64,000 bases of DNA from a bacterium (GTDB lineage: Bacteria; Patescibacteriota; Saccharimonadia; Saccharimonadales; AWTP1-31): assembly GCA_030426125.1 (NCBI GenBank), contig JAUHZB010000001.1, forward strand, positions 26,462 through 90,461, read 5' to 3'. The stretch's first letter is position 1; each line of letters begins with the position of its first letter. The translations under genes and the position numbers were made by a program. Positions 10,158 to 19,819 of the stretch are shown here, in pieces. The notes beneath the pieces were generated by a model. It had not been told where the DNA came from and did not search any database. It worked only from the letters and a program-made list of their open reading frames with translations.

Positions 10158-10880
10158 CTACTTCTTCTTTAGATAGTACTGTCTTTGCTGAGCATCTAAT
10201 TTTTCTAGTGAGTAACGAAGCATTATCCTGGGCATTTTCGAGGCATACTTATCTAGAAAATCTATTAAGGTCTGTCTATCTTTCTTGCCAACCTCTCGAA
10301 GCATCCAACCCGTTACTTTCTGAATATAATGATGGTCATCTTCTAGGTATTGTTCGGCTAACCTTAGAGTCCAACTAAAATCGTTCTGTTTAATGAAAGT
10401 GTAGGTAGCCATCATAGCAATTCTACGATCCCATAGGTAATCTGAATTACTTAATCTCTCTAGTACCTTTTTATCTGGGTCATTAGATCGCTGAGGATCA
10501 AGTAGCCAATCGCCTACAATCTTATGGGCACTGCTATCGACTAAATCCCAGTTATTGATAAATTTAGTATTCTTTAGGTACAGCTCATAGATATACTTCT
10601 TAGTATCATCATCCCCTTTTTGATACTGTTTAACCCAAATCAGTACTGCTGTCAGGCGGACCTCGTGAACCTTGGATTTAAGTAACTCCAAGACTTGATC
10701 GGGAGTAATATCCTTATAGTATTTTCCAACAACGGCTCTTTGTTTTGGCACCGTAACCCCAAAGAATTGATCCACTGGTTGGCCCGGCTCAGTAGTAAAA
10801 AACCTTGGAAAAAAATCTGCCTTAACTGGATCAGCTTGCTGTTGAAGTTCGTCAATTATTTGATCTACAACGTCACTCAT
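10158..10880 (-). CDS. DNA alkylation repair protein (AlkD-like HEAT-repeat glycosylase)
   Basis: FFGVTVPKQR, HEVRLTA, INNWDLVDSSA, IQKVTGWMLREVGK, LRYSLEK. Confidence 0.9.
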   Translation of the reverse strand: MSDVVDQIIDELQQQADPVKADFFPRFFTTEPGQPVDQFFGVTVPKQRAVVGKYYKDITPDQVLELLKSKVHEVRLTAVLIWVKQYQKGDDDTKKYIYELYLKNTKFINNWDLVDSSAHKIVGDWLLDPQRSNDPDKKVLERLSNSDYLWDRRIAMMATYTFIKQNDFSWTLRLAEQYLEDDHHYIQKVTGWMLREVGKKDRQTLIDFLDKYASKMPRIMLRYSLEKLDAQQRQYYLKKK

Positions 10881-10882
10881 AG

Positions 10883-12571
10883 CTACATCTTTTCAGGAGC
10901 CTCAATACCAAGCAGTCCCAGACCGTCTTTAAGGATATCTGCATATTTTCTAATTAGGCTCAGTCTAAATTCTTCCTTTTTACTGCCAAGAACCGGAGTA
11001 TTCTCATAGAAACGGTTAAACTCTTGGGCTAGTTCATAGATATACAAAGTAATTAAATGGGGAGCCAATTCTCTGGTAGCGGTTTCAAGTACTTCCCTGT
11101 ATTCACTCATCTTAACCACTAAATCACGTTCACCACTATCAAGATCAACTGCTGGTAATTCCGCATTAGATTGTTGGTGATTATCACTATGCTTACTTAA
11201 GATTGAAGTAGCCCGAGCATGAGCATACTGAATATATGGTCCACTATTTCCTTCCAGTGCAATAGATTTTTCTGGATCATAAATAACGTCGCCTCCCATT
11301 TTGTACTTTGCAAAAGCATACTTTATGGCCGCCAACACGCTACTGGACTGCACTTCATTTGCCTGCTTAGAAGCAGCTAACTGAGCCGAAGCAATAATGT
11401 CGTTAGCAGATACTATACTACCCTTCCTAGAACTCATCTTTACACCACCGGTCAACTTCACAAAACCATGAGTTAAGTGAGTTGTACGCTTAACAATTTC
11501 TGGCTGAAACTTAGCTAGACTAGCTAGTACCACCTGCATATATTGGCTCTGTTCATTGGCTGTGATAATGATTGACCTATCGAATTGGTAATCTTGCCAC
11601 TTCAACAGCATCAGGCCTATTTCTTTTGCTTCATAAGTCGGTAGTCCAGCTGAGTTAATAAACACCCTAGTATGCAGATCCTGGTCTTCGCCCTTAAAGA
11701 CAACCGCCCCGTCGGATTTCTGGTAAACCCCATTTTGGAGTTGAGTCTCTACTTCCTTCAGGCCACTACTAAATACTTCACTTTCTGGAATAAAGCGATC
11801 AAACTCTTCAACCTTAAGTTCTGAGTATAGTTGTTTTAGGTAGTCATAACTCCAAGAGCGACATTCCCAGTAAATCTTGGCGAATTCAGACTGTTTGTCC
11901 TGATCTTCATGAACCTGATAAATTTTCTTATTAACTTCAACTATTTCCTGATGCGCAGATTGATCATCCTCATAAGCAGTGCTGCCTTCTACATAACGCT
12001 CACCCAGCCATTCAGCTCGCTGATCTGGGCTAACTTCAGCCAACTTACTGCTATCCTCCGCTCCCAGATAGTTAATTATTGACCACATCGCTTTTGCGGC
12101 ATGTAGTCCTACATCGCCACCATAATTAAGCCTGATTACTTCTGCTCCAGACCTCTCTATTAGTCGGGCAACAACGTCGCCAACTACTGTAGAGTAAAGA
12201 TGCCCAGCATGCAGTGGCTTAAAGGGATTAGGATCCGAGTACTCCACTAAAATTTTCTTACCAGAGTTGGTCTGATCCAACTTACTATTATTAATTTCTT
12301 CAATTAAAACTTTGTCGGTCAGAAAAATATTTATAAAGCCGGGGCCGGCTACTTCGATCTTACTAACTAAATCATTCTTATTATTAGACAAAAGTTCAGC
12401 TATCGACTTAGCAATTTCTCTAGGCGGTTTGGCTGTTTGTTTAGAAATCTGCAGAGCTATGTTGCTGGAGAAATCACCAAACTGTTTATCTGGGCGAGAT
12501 AAATCGACTTCTACCTGAAGGTCGTATATATCTTTTACGGCACCACTAATTAACTGTTTTAATTTGTTCAT
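10883..12571 (-). CDS. argS: Arginine--tRNA ligase
   Basis: FGDFSSNIAL, VAGPGFINI, EYSDPNPFKPLHAGH, KMSSRKG, GPYIQYAHAR. Confidence 0.97.
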   Translation of the reverse strand: MNKLKQLISGAVKDIYDLQVEVDLSRPDKQFGDFSSNIALQISKQTAKPPREIAKSIAELLSNNKNDLVSKIEVAGPGFINIFLTDKVLIEEINNSKLDQTNSGKKILVEYSDPNPFKPLHAGHLYSTVVGDVVARLIERSGAEVIRLNYGGDVGLHAAKAMWSIINYLGAEDSSKLAEVSPDQRAEWLGERYVEGSTAYEDDQSAHQEIVEVNKKIYQVHEDQDKQSEFAKIYWECRSWSYDYLKQLYSELKVEEFDRFIPESEVFSSGLKEVETQLQNGVYQKSDGAVVFKGEDQDLHTRVFINSAGLPTYEAKEIGLMLLKWQDYQFDRSIIITANEQSQYMQVVLASLAKFQPEIVKRTTHLTHGFVKLTGGVKMSSRKGSIVSANDIIASAQLAASKQANEVQSSSVLAAIKYAFAKYKMGGDVIYDPEKSIALEGNSGPYIQYAHARATSILSKHSDNHQQSNAELPAVDLDSGERDLVVKMSEYREVLETATRELAPHLITLYIYELAQEFNRFYENTPVLGSKKEEFRLSLIRKYADILKDGLGLLGIEAPEKM

Positions 12572-12609
12572 TACCCATATTTTAACCTGTCTAGCTGAGT
12601 AGAGCCAGC

Positions 12610-13323
12610 TTAAGCTTTTTTAGACTTAGTAGTCTTTGCTTGGAGCTTTTTATTATTCGCTGGTTGTTGCTTAAGTCCACTGTAAATTTGCCAAGCAACA
12701 TAGTAAAAACTAGCTATTACTACAAAAAACAAAATTGTAGTGGTGTAAGTTTGCTGGTAACTATTAGGATTAATAATCCGATCCGAGACATCAAACAATA
12801 GTCCAGCTGGATTTAATAAAATGTCCCAAGTGTTCCAGCGTAAGTATCGGCCTAAGTAAATTGCAAAGCTACAAAGCAACAAAACCCCAGCTATTAAGCC
12901 ACTGGAATAACTAGCTTTAATTCGCTTGTTCAGCTGATCGTGAATAGCTATTACACTCAGGTATCCAATTAGAAAACCGTTTAGCGTATAACTAAGAATT
13001 AAGGCTACGTCATATAACAGAGTTAAGGTACTAGCATTTTGCAGGTGAATGAAATCGGTAGCTAGATAAAAGCTATTAGGCAAAAAAACTAGCCATAGAA
13101 AGGTTAATAGCAAACATTGCCAAGATAACCACAGATGCCTCTCTAAACTAGATACTAGCGTCACTGCAAAGAACAGTGGAATCCAGGCTAAAAATAGATT
13201 CCAAGCTAAAAACCAATAATCCAAGTCCTGATACCTAAAAATACGAACCAACAATAACCCTAGACTGACTAGGCTAGAAAAAATAAGTGCTTTATAGATA
13301 CGCTTCATCAACATTACCACCAT
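12610..13323 (-). CDS. DUF1361 family membrane protein
   Basis: WNLFLAWIP, WLVFLPNSFYLATDFIHL, IYLGRYLRWNTWD. Confidence 0.88.
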   Translation of the reverse strand: MVVMLMKRIYKALIFSSLVSLGLLLVRIFRYQDLDYWFLAWNLFLAWIPLFFAVTLVSSLERHLWLSWQCLLLTFLWLVFLPNSFYLATDFIHLQNASTLTLLYDVALILSYTLNGFLIGYLSVIAIHDQLNKRIKASYSSGLIAGVLLLCSFAIYLGRYLRWNTWDILLNPAGLLFDVSDRIINPNSYQQTYTTTILFFVVIASFYYVAWQIYSGLKQQPANNKKLQAKTTKSKKA

Positions 13324-13407
13324 TATACTACCTTTCGCCTGCTGGGTAATTTAACTTAAATATCCCCAAACAAACAATATTAAAGCGATTCAGGGTATAA
13401 TACGTTT

Positions 13408-14037
13408 ATGAAATTTATTAGCGAAGTAATTAGTGTAATTCGTGACATTGTTCGCAACATCATCTTCCAGCTAGCCAAACGACTAAACAAACTAACTTCT
13501 GGCAACATAACTCCCAATTCAGTAACCTACACCAGTCTCCTAGCCCATATACCAATTGCTGTACTTATAGCTCTAGATTACCTGGTGCTAGCTGGTGTTT
13601 TATTAATAGTATTCGGCCTTTTTGACTCTTTGGATGGTGCCTTGGCTAGAATCCAGAAAAAAGCCAGCGACAAGGGGATGCTGCTTGATGCTTCTACTGA
13701 TCGAATGAAAGAAATTCTGTTGTACTGCGGTAGTGCCTACTACCTAGTTAATAACCAGGAAGCAAACTACGCTGTTTGGGCAGTCGCTGCCTGTGGAGCG
13801 TCTATTCTAGTGAGCTACATTAAAGCCAAGGGCGAAACTGCCATAGCTGGCAAAAAACTGAGCGCCAATGAAGTCAACCGAGCCTTTGCTGATGGCATTA
13901 TGCGCTTTGAAGTCCGAATGGCCGTATTAATAATTGCTCTGTTTAGCGGACAATTAAAATACGCCGTGGTATTTATCGCCATCACTTCGACGTTCACAGC
14001 CTTCGGAAGATTAATCTCTATCTCCAACAAACTATGA
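13408..14037 (+). CDS. CDP-alcohol phosphatidyltransferase (PgsA / PIP-synthase-like)
   Basis: ITPNSVT and the signature D-x2-DG-x2-AR...G-x3-D-x3-D (FDSLDGALAR...GMLLDASTDR); SYIKAKGE. Confidence 0.92.
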   Translation: MKFISEVISVIRDIVRNIIFQLAKRLNKLTSGNITPNSVTYTSLLAHIPIAVLIALDYLVLAGVLLIVFGLFDSLDGALARIQKKASDKGMLLDASTDRMKEILLYCGSAYYLVNNQEANYAVWAVAACGASILVSYIKAKGETAIAGKKLSANEVNRAFADGIMRFEVRMAVLIIALFSGQLKYAVVFIAITSTFTAFGRLISISNKL

Positions 14038-14687
14038 TAAAACTAGACCTCCATAGTCACTCGGTACTATCGGCTGATGGTAGCTTAAAAGAGTCAGATT
14101 ACCGCCGTCTGTTAGAGGAAAATATCTTAGACGCTATCGCCATAACCGATCATGATCAGATCGAATACGCCTTAGCAATGCATAAAATATTCAAGGACAA
14201 AATAATTATTGGCCAGGAAATATCCACTAAGCAGGGCGAGATAATTGGCCTTTTCTTGGACCAATTAGTAAAGCCAGATCAAGATATCAAGAAGACTATA
14301 GCTGACATCAAAAAACAAAAGGGTCTAGTATACATCCCCCACCCTTTTGAAACAGTCCGTAGTGGCATAACCCAGCAAACTATAGAAACCATTAAAAACG
14401 AGGTCGATATTGTTGAAGTCAACAATGGTCGAGCTTTTTTCCAGAACAAAGGACCTCAAGCAACAACTTGGGCTCGACTAAACAACAAAGTGGTGGCCTC
14501 CAGTAGTGACGCTCATGGACCAACTGGCATTGGTAGTTGCTACACCTTAATAAAGCGTCCCCCAACCAAAGAAAATCTAGTAGACCAACTTAAAATGGGA
14601 CGTCTTTGTGTCGATAAACCACCACTACTCAGTCTGCTCTACCCTAAGTACAACCGCATCCGTGCTAAACTAAAAATATCTAAATAA
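14034..14687 (+). CDS. PHP-domain metal-dependent phosphoesterase
   Basis: DLHSHS..S.DG, AITDHD, GQEI, PHPF, SSDAH; ATGA overlap with the upstream gene. Confidence 0.92.
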   Translation: MIKLDLHSHSVLSADGSLKESDYRRLLEENILDAIAITDHDQIEYALAMHKIFKDKIIIGQEISTKQGEIIGLFLDQLVKPDQDIKKTIADIKKQKGLVYIPHPFETVRSGITQQTIETIKNEVDIVEVNNGRAFFQNKGPQATTWARLNNKVVASSSDAHGPTGIGSCYTLIKRPPTKENLVDQLKMGRLCVDKPPLLSLLYPKYNRIRAKLKISK

Positions 14688-14689
14688 CT

Positions 14690-15214
14690 ATGAATCATTT
14701 TTTTCTTGTATTAATTTTCTTCCTTCCAGCCGGGTTAGCCAATTTAGCACCGGTAATCGCTAACAAGATTCCAATTCTTAATCAGTGGAAGACTCCTATA
14801 GATTTTGGGATAATGCTAAACGGCAAAAGACTACTTGGGGATAATAAAACTTGGCGAGGGCTGGTATTTGGTATCCTGGTTGGCGCCGTAACCGGATGGC
14901 TAACTTACCAATACATTAGTGATGTTGCCGTCCAGCAATTGTCTCATTTCTGGATTGGCGGACTACTCGGTGGCGGTGCTCTGTTTGGGGATAGCTTAGA
15001 AAGTTTTTTTAAACGACAGCTAAATATTCCATCTGGTAGTAGTTGGTTTCCATACGATCAGATAGATTATGTGCTGGGAGCTATACTATTTAGTCTACCG
15101 ATCGTAAGATTTTCGGTACTCGACTACTTCTCAGTAATTGGATTCTATTTTCTAGCACACCTGCTAACTAGCTTTATTGGCTTCAAACTGAAGCTCAAAG
15201 ATAAACCTATTTAA
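14690..15214 (+). CDS. CDP-archaeol synthase-like (CarS/DUF46) cytidylyltransferase
   Basis: LPAGLANLAPV, PIDFG...GKRLLGDNKTWRG, GDSLESFFKRQL..G, DQIDY, KLKLKDKP match the CarS family pattern. Confidence 0.87.
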   Translation: MNHFFLVLIFFLPAGLANLAPVIANKIPILNQWKTPIDFGIMLNGKRLLGDNKTWRGLVFGILVGAVTGWLTYQYISDVAVQQLSHFWIGGLLGGGALFGDSLESFFKRQLNIPSGSSWFPYDQIDYVLGAILFSLPIVRFSVLDYFSVIGFYFLAHLLTSFIGFKLKLKDKPI

Positions 15215-15217
15215 GAC

Positions 15218-16255
15218 TTAAGCCAGCTCTTTCTTCATCTTCTCAACCAGATCAACTGGGGTTGGGTTCACTCCATTTAACAGTGCCATGTAAATAGAAA
15301 CAAAATCGCCATAAAGTACAGTGCCCAGCAACTGATCGAGCTCTGTCTTGCCAGCAACTTTTATGGTGTGGGGGTGAGGTCTGTTGCCAGAAAGAAGTTT
15401 AGCGCTAATTTTTATGCGTTTATTTATTTGTGGGTGATCGAAATCGGAAATTAAATCAATAATACTATAAGGCTTTGTGATAGGATGACTACTCCAACCA
15501 ATGAATTCATTGTGACTAAACTCTGGATATATTCCCTGCCAAGCAACGTTTTTGGCATTTTCATTAAAACTAATCTTCCATTTATAGCCGGCTGGACTTA
15601 GTTTTGGCCCGGAGTAAATTACTGGCGTAGTGCCAATAAGCTCCAGAGATAATTTTTTGGCTGAATTCTTTTTAACTGCTACTGTTGGTAGCCAATCAGT
15701 TTGTAGTTGTTCTAGGAATTTTGCGGTGGCCTTTAGGTCTTGGTCTATACTCTTTGCCTTAGCTAGCCCCAGACTTTGGATAACCCGCACTACAGCTAAA
15801 AAGTTAGAAAAGGTTGCATAGCGAGGCTGACTAATTTTTGGAAGACGTAGCAAACAGAGCTTTTTTTCCTTAGCAATATCCACTAACTTACCGCCTCCAG
15901 CTATTATCACTAGCTGGCATTTCTTAGCCAGTGCCTGCTTAAGACCGCTAAGAGCTTCTTCGGTATTCCCTGAATAACTAGAACAAATTACAAGTGTCTT
16001 CGATCCAACGTAGGCAGGAATGTCATAACCCCTGCAAATGTCCAATGGTTTGATGTAACCCGGCCACGAAGTACTCAAACTAGCACCTAGTGCAGAACCA
16101 CCCATACCAACAAAAACAATATTATCTATATCTCCTTTTATTGTCTTCAGTCCAGATAAATCAAAATCTATTAACAGCTGTTCCCACTGTTTAGAAGCGA
16201 CTCCTAGAGCATCATCAGAGTCTTTGGAGTGAATATACTTTAGATCATCTAGCAC
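15218..16255 (-). CDS. Bifunctional phosphoglucose/phosphomannose isomerase (double SIS)
   Basis: GMGGSA, SYSGNTEE, QPR, WKISFNENAK, PEFSHNE, NPTPV..VEKMK. Confidence 0.93.
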   Translation of the reverse strand: MLDDLKYIHSKDSDDALGVASKQWEQLLIDFDLSGLKTIKGDIDNIVFVGMGGSALGASLSTSWPGYIKPLDICRGYDIPAYVGSKTLVICSSYSGNTEEALSGLKQALAKKCQLVIIAGGGKLVDIAKEKKLCLLRLPKISQPRYATFSNFLAVVRVIQSLGLAKAKSIDQDLKATAKFLEQLQTDWLPTVAVKKNSAKKLSLELIGTTPVIYSGPKLSPAGYKWKISFNENAKNVAWQGIYPEFSHNEFIGWSSHPITKPYSIIDLISDFDHPQINKRIKISAKLLSGNRPHPHTIKVAGKTELDQLLGTVLYGDFVSIYMALLNGVNPTPVDLVEKMKKELA

Positions 16256-16436
16256 AATAACTACCTTTCCTTGCTTATGCTAATAGTATAGCAATACTAA
16301 AGTCATTAAATAGCTTGAAGTTATTGTTTTAATGCTTATTGTGGTTTAAACTACTAGGGTAATATCTTAATAATTAATCTCTTAGCGTTAGGTCAATAAA
16401 GACTAACCAAGAGACCATAGATCTAAGGGGTGGGAA

Positions 16437-17141
16437 ATGTTCGACAATAATGACCAACAAAATCAACAAGCAGCAAGTCCAGCAGGACAACCTACAGGTA
16501 TTCAAAACACAACAACACCTGACATTGCTGACCCAAATCTGACAAGCACTAATCCCTCAACTGATACAACCGCCAGTGCACCATCTGCGCCAATGCCTCA
16601 GGAGCCTAGCGCTACAACAATTCCAGGAGCCGCATCTACAACTGATCCAGTCTCAACTACCGACCAAGCTAGTAGTAGCCCAATGTCTACCCCGACACCC
16701 GAACCTACATTAAACACAAATACCCCAGCGGATACAGCTAATCCTGACCCTGCCAGTTTAACCAGCGAGGATAAGGCCAGCAGCAATACTGCTCCAGGTG
16801 CAGACCTTCCAGACTTGTCAGCTCCTTCGGCCACTTCAACAGACACATCTACTTCTAGCCCAGCTACTGGTAGCGATGATCTTCTAAGTATTAAAAAGGG
16901 TGCTCTAGAGAATCTAACCCCCTTACTAGATCACTTAGACCAATCTCCTGAAGAAAAATTCAGAACTACTATGATGCTTATCCAAGCTAGCGACGATCAA
17001 AGCCTAGTTCAGTCTGCCTACAAAGCTGCTCAACAAATAACTGATGAAAAAGAAAAAGCTCAGGCCCTACTAGACATTGTTAATGAAATTAACTATTTCA
17101 CTCACAACGACAAGAAAGACCAAGAGCCAAAGATTAGCTAA
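16437..17141 (+). CDS. Hypothetical protein, P/T/S/A low-complexity N-terminus and helical C-terminal domain
   Basis: 234 aa ORF with GGGTGGG SD-like site; ordered C-terminus LLSIKKGALENL...ALLDIVNEINYF. Confidence 0.75.
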   Translation: MFDNNDQQNQQAASPAGQPTGIQNTTTPDIADPNLTSTNPSTDTTASAPSAPMPQEPSATTIPGAASTTDPVSTTDQASSSPMSTPTPEPTLNTNTPADTANPDPASLTSEDKASSNTAPGADLPDLSAPSATSTDTSTSSPATGSDDLLSIKKGALENLTPLLDHLDQSPEEKFRTTMMLIQASDDQSLVQSAYKAAQQITDEKEKAQALLDIVNEINYFTHNDKKDQEPKIS

Positions 17142-17169
17142 TTTAGCTAAATTGCCAACTATAGATTCA

Positions 17170-17652
17170 CTATAAATCTAATTCAGGACCAGTTCGAGGT
17201 AATGCCTCGGATTGTTCAGCGTCTGCTGGACCAGTTCGCGGAGTGGTTGTTGGAGCATTAGAGCTACCGCTTCCACTCTCATCTTCATCAGCTGAACTAT
17301 TGTTTGAGCTATCGATATTATCATCAGACTGACTAGAATCATCATTGGCACCAGAATTAGCCTGATCCTCATTTTGGTTAGCAGAACTATCATCCTCGGC
17401 AGACTGCTCGGTAGTCTGACTAGTAGGAGTATCAGAATCGTCAGAATCAGTAAGACTGTTGAATAACCACCGTCCACTAAAGAATAAAGCTAGCAGAATA
17501 AGTACAATTACGATCAAAGAAACAATACCAACTACCCAGGCTAACCCGGTACGTTCTCGCTGTTCAGCTTGCGTGAAACTACGAACCTCTGGCGGAAGCT
17601 GACTATCTATATGGTCATTTGATTTGGATTTACGAAAATTAAATAGCTTCAT
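17170..17652 (-). CDS. Hypothetical bitopic membrane protein with acidic linker and C-terminal PRTGP repeats
   Basis: 160 aa; one TM; D/S-rich linker; ends TTPRTGP...LPRTGPELDL; GAGGAG SD upstream. Confidence 0.7.
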   Translation of the reverse strand: MKLFNFRKSKSNDHIDSQLPPEVRSFTQAEQRERTGLAWVVGIVSLIVIVLILLALFFSGRWLFNSLTDSDDSDTPTSQTTEQSAEDDSSANQNEDQANSGANDDSSQSDDNIDSSNNSSADEDESGSGSSNAPTTTPRTGPADAEQSEALPRTGPELDL

Positions 17653-17770
17653 TGCACTAAACTCCTCAACAATATTAGTTAATAGATATAATAGTACAAT
17701 TTGGCTTATTGTGCAATATACTTACTTAGCATTAGCTAGATAGTTTTTTAATCGCTGTATTGGTAGCGAA

Positions 17771-19429
17771 CTACATACCCATCATGCCGCCACCCATACC
17801 GCCCATTCCACCGGCGCCGGGAGCAGATGCTGATTCTGCTTCAGGGATGTCAGTAACTAGTGCACCCATAGTCATGCTGGTTCCAGCAATTGATACCGCA
17901 TTCTGAATTGCTTCTTTAGTTACTCGAGCTGGGTCAACTACACCACTAGCTTTTAGATCAACTATTTTAGTAGGATTGTTTACATCAACACCACTACCCG
18001 CTTTGGCTTTCTTTACAAGTGGTAGCCATTCGTCAGAATTTACGCCAGCGTTTTCTAGCAATATTCTAAAAGGTTGCTCTAGAGCATTCTGGAGCAGTGA
18101 GGCACCAGCCGATTTAGCGTCATGACCTGTAGTCTTAATTGTGCCTGCTAAGTTAACCAACGTTACGCCACCACCAGGCACAATACCCTCATCAAGAGCC
18201 GCTTTGGTAGCAGCTACGGCATCATCTACCCGGAACTTCTTTTCTTCAATTTCTGTTTCAGTAGCACCACCAACCTTAATTACGGCTACTTTTCCTTCCA
18301 GGCTAGCGCGTCGTTTCTGTCGATCTTCACGATCAAATTCGCTAGTTGATTCTTTTATTTGAGTATTAATCTGGGCAATTCTAGCTTTTACCTCACTAGC
18401 CTTACCGCCACCTTCTATAATGGTTGACTCATCTTTGCCGACAATTACTTTTCTAGCTGATCCGAGAGCGTCTAGTTCGACTTCTTCGAAGCTAACACCA
18501 AGAGCATCACTGACTACCTGACCGCCGGTTAGAACGGCAATATCTTCTAATCTATCGGTTTGTTTGTCGCCATAGCTAGGCGCCTTGATAGCTACCGTAT
18601 TGAATACCCCTTTTAGCTTGTTAAGGATCAAGGTACCAAGAGCTTCACCTTCTACATCTTCAGCAATAATTAGCAGATCTTTTTTACCAGCGTTAGAGAG
18701 TTTTTCTAGTAGTGGTACAAATTCCTGAACTGAACTAATCTTTTTATCGGTAATTAAAATTGCTGGCTTATTAAGTACCGCCTCCATTCGAGCAGCATCG
18801 GAAACCATGTAAGGGCTAACAAAGCCACGATCCATAGTAAAACCCTCTACAACTTCACTTTTTAGTTGCAGACCTTGACCCTCTTCAACAGTTACGACAC
18901 CGTCTTTGCCAACCTTCTCAATAATATCTGAAATTAATTTACCGATCTCAGCATCGCCGGCACTAATAGTAGCTACTTCAGCTACGCGGGATTTCTTATC
19001 TTTAATATCTTCAGCCATTTTATCTAGCGACTTAATCACATCACCAGCTGCAGCTTCCAAGCCTTTTCTTAGTTGCATAGGATTGTGCCCAGCAGTAATT
19101 AATTTATTGGCCTCATTTAAGATATGGTAGGTAAGGACCGTGACAGTGGTTGTACCATCACCCGCTACGTCATTCATCTTAGTAGCAGCCTGTTTTATTA
19201 GTTCAGCGCCAACTTTATAGCCCAATGTTTCATCATCAACATCAGCGATTTCAACCCCTTTGGCAACAGTCACACCGTCATGAGTAACAGTTGGACCACC
19301 GTAACTCTTTCCGATCACCACGTTTCTTCCACGCGGACCCATAGTGGTCTTTACCGCATCGTAAAGAATCTGGGCTCCACCTAATACTCTTCTTCGTGCA
19401 TCATCGTTATAAAATACTTTGTTTGCCAT
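17771..19429 (-). CDS. groL: Chaperonin GroEL
   Basis: TMGPRGRNV, AGDGTTT, GGGV, C-terminal GGM repeats. Confidence 0.99.
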   Translation of the reverse strand: MANKVFYNDDARRRVLGGAQILYDAVKTTMGPRGRNVVIGKSYGGPTVTHDGVTVAKGVEIADVDDETLGYKVGAELIKQAATKMNDVAGDGTTTVTVLTYHILNEANKLITAGHNPMQLRKGLEAAAGDVIKSLDKMAEDIKDKKSRVAEVATISAGDAEIGKLISDIIEKVGKDGVVTVEEGQGLQLKSEVVEGFTMDRGFVSPYMVSDAARMEAVLNKPAILITDKKISSVQEFVPLLEKLSNAGKKDLLIIAEDVEGEALGTLILNKLKGVFNTVAIKAPSYGDKQTDRLEDIAVLTGGQVVSDALGVSFEEVELDALGSARKVIVGKDESTIIEGGGKASEVKARIAQINTQIKESTSEFDREDRQKRRASLEGKVAVIKVGGATETEIEEKKFRVDDAVAATKAALDEGIVPGGGVTLVNLAGTIKTTGHDAKSAGASLLQNALEQPFRILLENAGVNSDEWLPLVKKAKAGSGVDVNNPTKIVDLKASGVVDPARVTKEAIQNAVSIAGTSMTMGALVTDIPEAESASAPGAGGMGGMGGGMMGM

Positions 19430-19440
19430 CTAGCTACCTC

Positions 19441-19704
19441 CTATTTAACAGTCGCGATTAAATTTTTTGCTGAAACAATAATATATTCTTGTTTACCAGA
19501 TTTTACTTTAGTAGTTTCATACTCGTTCTTATAAAGCACCTTCTCACCAACTTTAACTTCAGTTACTGCACTACCAACCGCTACAACCTTAGCTGTTTTT
19601 TGCTGGTCTTTAGCATTTTCTGGTAGGTACAACCCACTAGCTGTTTTAGTCTTAGCTTCTTCAGGTTGAACAACAATGTAACCAGGCATTGGTTGTATAT
19701 TCAT
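19441..19704 (-). CDS. groS: Co-chaperonin GroES
   Basis: KTASGLYLP, VVAVG, VKVGEKVLY; immediately upstream of groL. Confidence 0.97.
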   Translation of the reverse strand: MNIQPMPGYIVVQPEEAKTKTASGLYLPENAKDQQKTAKVVAVGSAVTEVKVGEKVLYKNEYETTKVKSGKQEYIIVSAKNLIATVK

Positions 19705-19734
19705 AAATTACTCCTCACTTAAAGTTTGTATCCG

Positions 19735-19791
19735 TTAGCACTTAATATGTTTGAGTGCCAACTTTCAGCACTCATAATATCTGAGTGCCAA
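19735..19791. promoter_or_regulatory. Two tandem CIRCE (HrcA operator) elements upstream of groES
   Basis: TTAGCACTT-N9-GAGTGCCAA (19735-19761) and TCAGCACTC-N9-GAGTGCCAA (19765-19791) versus consensus TTAGCACTC-N9-GAGTGCTAA. Confidence 0.92.
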
Positions 19792-19819
19792 CTATTGGTC
19801 AAGATTAAGCCGTTATTAT

